The notes under the pieces: generated by a model | Seen by the model: the letters and a program-made list of their open reading frames with translations, nothing else | The model's database searches: none | What the model was told of the DNA's origin: nothing | Translations under genes and position numbers: made by a program | NCBI GenBank assembly: GCA_036679565.1 | Contig: JAZDDC010000124.1 | Span: 1-35,766 of the forward strand | Direction of reading: 5' to 3' | Length of the DNA stretch: 35,766 bases | DNA from: Gemmatimonadota bacterium | GTDB lineage: Bacteria > Gemmatimonadota > Gemmatimonadetes > Gemmatimonadales > GWC2-71-9 | Shown here: one piece after another, positions 34,504 to 35,766 of the stretch | How the letters are laid out: each line of letters opens with the position of its first letter | Position numbering within the stretch: position 1 is the first letter of the stretch

Positions 34504-35004
34504 TCAGCCACGGTTCTCGACGTCGGGATTGCCATCACGTTCATGGGACGCCAACGCCTCGATCTCGGCCAGGTTCCGTTCCAGTAACGAGCGGAACGCC
34601 ACCAGGTAGCCATTGAACTGACGTTTTGCGTTGGCATGATCACGCCTCACATTCAACTCCTGTTGACTCGCTTCACCCACAAGACGTTCCGCCTCCGCAC
34701 GCGCATTGCGCACAATCTCCTCACCCTGTTTTGAGGCATCCGCCTCCGCATCGTGGCGTAGCTGCTGCGCAGTCACAAGCGCTTCGTTCATTGCCTTGTC
34801 GCGCTCTCGAAACGCCTTGAGTTGCTCTCGCAGGTTGAACACCCGCTCTTCGAGCGTCGCACGATCACGTAACAAGCGCTCCATTTCATCCGCGATCTGA
34901 TTGCGAAACTCTTCCACCGTCGCTGGCTCATACCCACGAAACGTCACTCGGAACTCATGGTTCCGAATGTCAACGGGGGTCAACCTAAATTCATCGTCTG
35001 TCAT
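34504..35004 (-). CDS. divIVA: DivIVA-domain cell-division/polarity protein
   Basis: 166 aa. The N-terminus [37 protein letters not shown] is the DivIVA lipid-binding domain signature. The remainder is coiled coil. The ATG overlaps the restored yggS stop (ATGA). Confidence 0.87.
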   Translation of the reverse strand: MTDDEFRLTPVDIRNHEFRVTFRGYEPATVEEFRNQIADEMERLLRDRATLEERVFNLREQLKAFRERDKAMNEALVTAQQLRHDAEADASKQGEEIVRNARAEAERLVGEASQQELNVRRDHANAKRQFNGYLVAFRSLLERNLAEIEALASHERDGNPDVENRG

Positions 35005-35581
35005 GATCGACGTTCTCCAAACAACACGGTCCCCAATCGGACCATGGTTGCACCCTCGGCCACCGCCGCTTCGTAATCACCCGACATACCCATCGACAGT
35101 TCGGGAGCCCGAAACCCCTTTGACTGCCCAACGCCACAAGGGCGTCCGGGTTGCACCCGCCCTTCTGCTGCTCACCGGCGACGTTGACCTGAATCAGAAC
35201 TCGTAACTTGTCGTCGTCGCCCGCGGTCTTCCGTGTGCCCCAAGCGACGTCCAAAGCGCGGACCAGTTTACCAGAATCTACGGAGTGTACGATGCCGAAC
35301 GTGCCCGGAATGTACTTGGCTTTGTTGGTCTGCAAGTGACCAATCAGATGCCATTTGACCGGTTGGTCCCCCACTTCCACTTTCTTGGACAGGCCCTCCT
35401 GCACCCGATTTTCACCAACATCGGTCGCTCCAGCATGTACGGCTGCTGCAACCGCGTCGGCGGTGTGACCCTTGGTCACGGCAATGACCGTGACCCGACC
35501 GACCAATCCCTCACGGGCTTGGATACGGGCAACGCCCTCTTGCACGCGTGCGAGGTTGGCTCGCACCGTCTCAAAGTCCAT
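35001..35581 (-). pseudogene. yggS: PLP-homeostasis protein YggS/YlmE, interrupted by an internal deletion plus frameshift
   Basis: The ORF from 35581 is YggS-like up to ..[24 protein letters not shown] (with VTKGH carrying the PLP lysine, GENRVQE and HLIGHLQTNK). It then runs into a Trp/Cys/Arg-rich tail. The conserved C-terminus [33 protein letters not shown] lies in a different frame (35102..35001) and ends with TGA overlapping the divIVA ATG. About 40-45 residues that normally lie between these parts (the ..GLMT.. strand region) are missing. Confidence 0.8.
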
Positions 35582-35630
35582 AGCCCTGGAAAGTAAATGT
35601 GAGCCGACAGGCGTTCAACCAGAGGTTGTG

Positions 35631-35766
35631 TTACGGATTCCCGTTTCCATCCGTGGCGGAATCGGACAATACCTCGGGCACGTCCCCGACCAACACCGCC
35701 GCCTCTGCCTGATCAAGTAAGCGACGTACCTCAGCACTTGGTGTGAGCTGATACACCATTTGGAGG
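35631..35766 (-). CDS. 3' end of an unidentified upstream gene (runs off the right edge)
   Basis: Open minus-strand frame from the window edge to the TAA at 35631..35633. It translates ..LQMVYQLTPSAEVRRLLDQAEAAVLVGDVPEVLSDSATDGNGNP*. I recognise no family, so this is weak. Confidence 0.3.
   Translation of the reverse strand, partial: LQMVYQLTPSAEVRRLLDQAEAAVLVGDVPEVLSDSATDGNGNP

Noticed and set aside
1-35766. Scan for CRISPR arrays, IS elements or transposases, phage or integrase genes, toxin-antitoxin pairs and rRNA
   Set aside because: I noticed no regularly spaced direct repeats, no terminal inverted repeats and no ORF with transposase, integrase or defence-system motifs. Essentially all sequence is accounted for by the housekeeping and signalling genes listed.

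Overview
This is a ~36-kb, moderately GC-rich bacterial chromosomal segment. Every gene I can support lies on the minus strand, and most gene junctions are 10 nt or less, or overlap. No rRNA, CRISPR array, transposase or integrase was seen.

Read 5'->3' on the minus strand (right to left), the window contains four blocks:

(i) 35581..28576: a Bacillus-like division/ileS block, yggS(ylmE)-divIVA-punA-ileS-DksA/TraR zinc-finger-lspA-rluD.

(ii) 28560..13861: a ~14.7-kb, 15-gene signalling locus that directly abuts block (i). Its genes in order are cheW, cheY, cheA, cheC, an 893-aa TPR protein, a PATAN(DUF4388)-TPR protein, a TPR-Roadblock fusion, a Roadblock/LC7 protein, mglB, mglA, a 651-aa protein built from two tandem DnaA/Hda-type AAA+ modules with no DNA-binding domain, a second PATAN-TPR protein, two more cheW-like genes and a coiled-coil-TPR protein.

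(iii) An HExxH metallopeptidase, an unlisted 59-aa membrane ORF, tRNA-Val(TAC), a secreted TPR-like protein, tRNA-Asp(GTC) and a strong hairpin terminator.

(iv) The dcw cell-wall/division cluster rsmH-ftsL-ftsI-murE-murF-mraY-murD-ftsW-murG-murC(5' end), with no mraZ.

The candidate undescribed system is block (ii). It looks like a receptor-less Che phosphorelay hard-wired in one apparent operon to an MglA/MglB polarity GTPase switch, extra Roadblock paralogs, PATAN-TPR adaptors and a tandem DnaA-like ATPase, and it sits between two cell-division gene blocks.

Separately, mraY and yggS each show an apparent ~0.1-kb internal deletion with a frameshift. These are either assembly artefacts or genuine lesions.

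All calls rest on reading the translations and DNA by eye. No database search was run.
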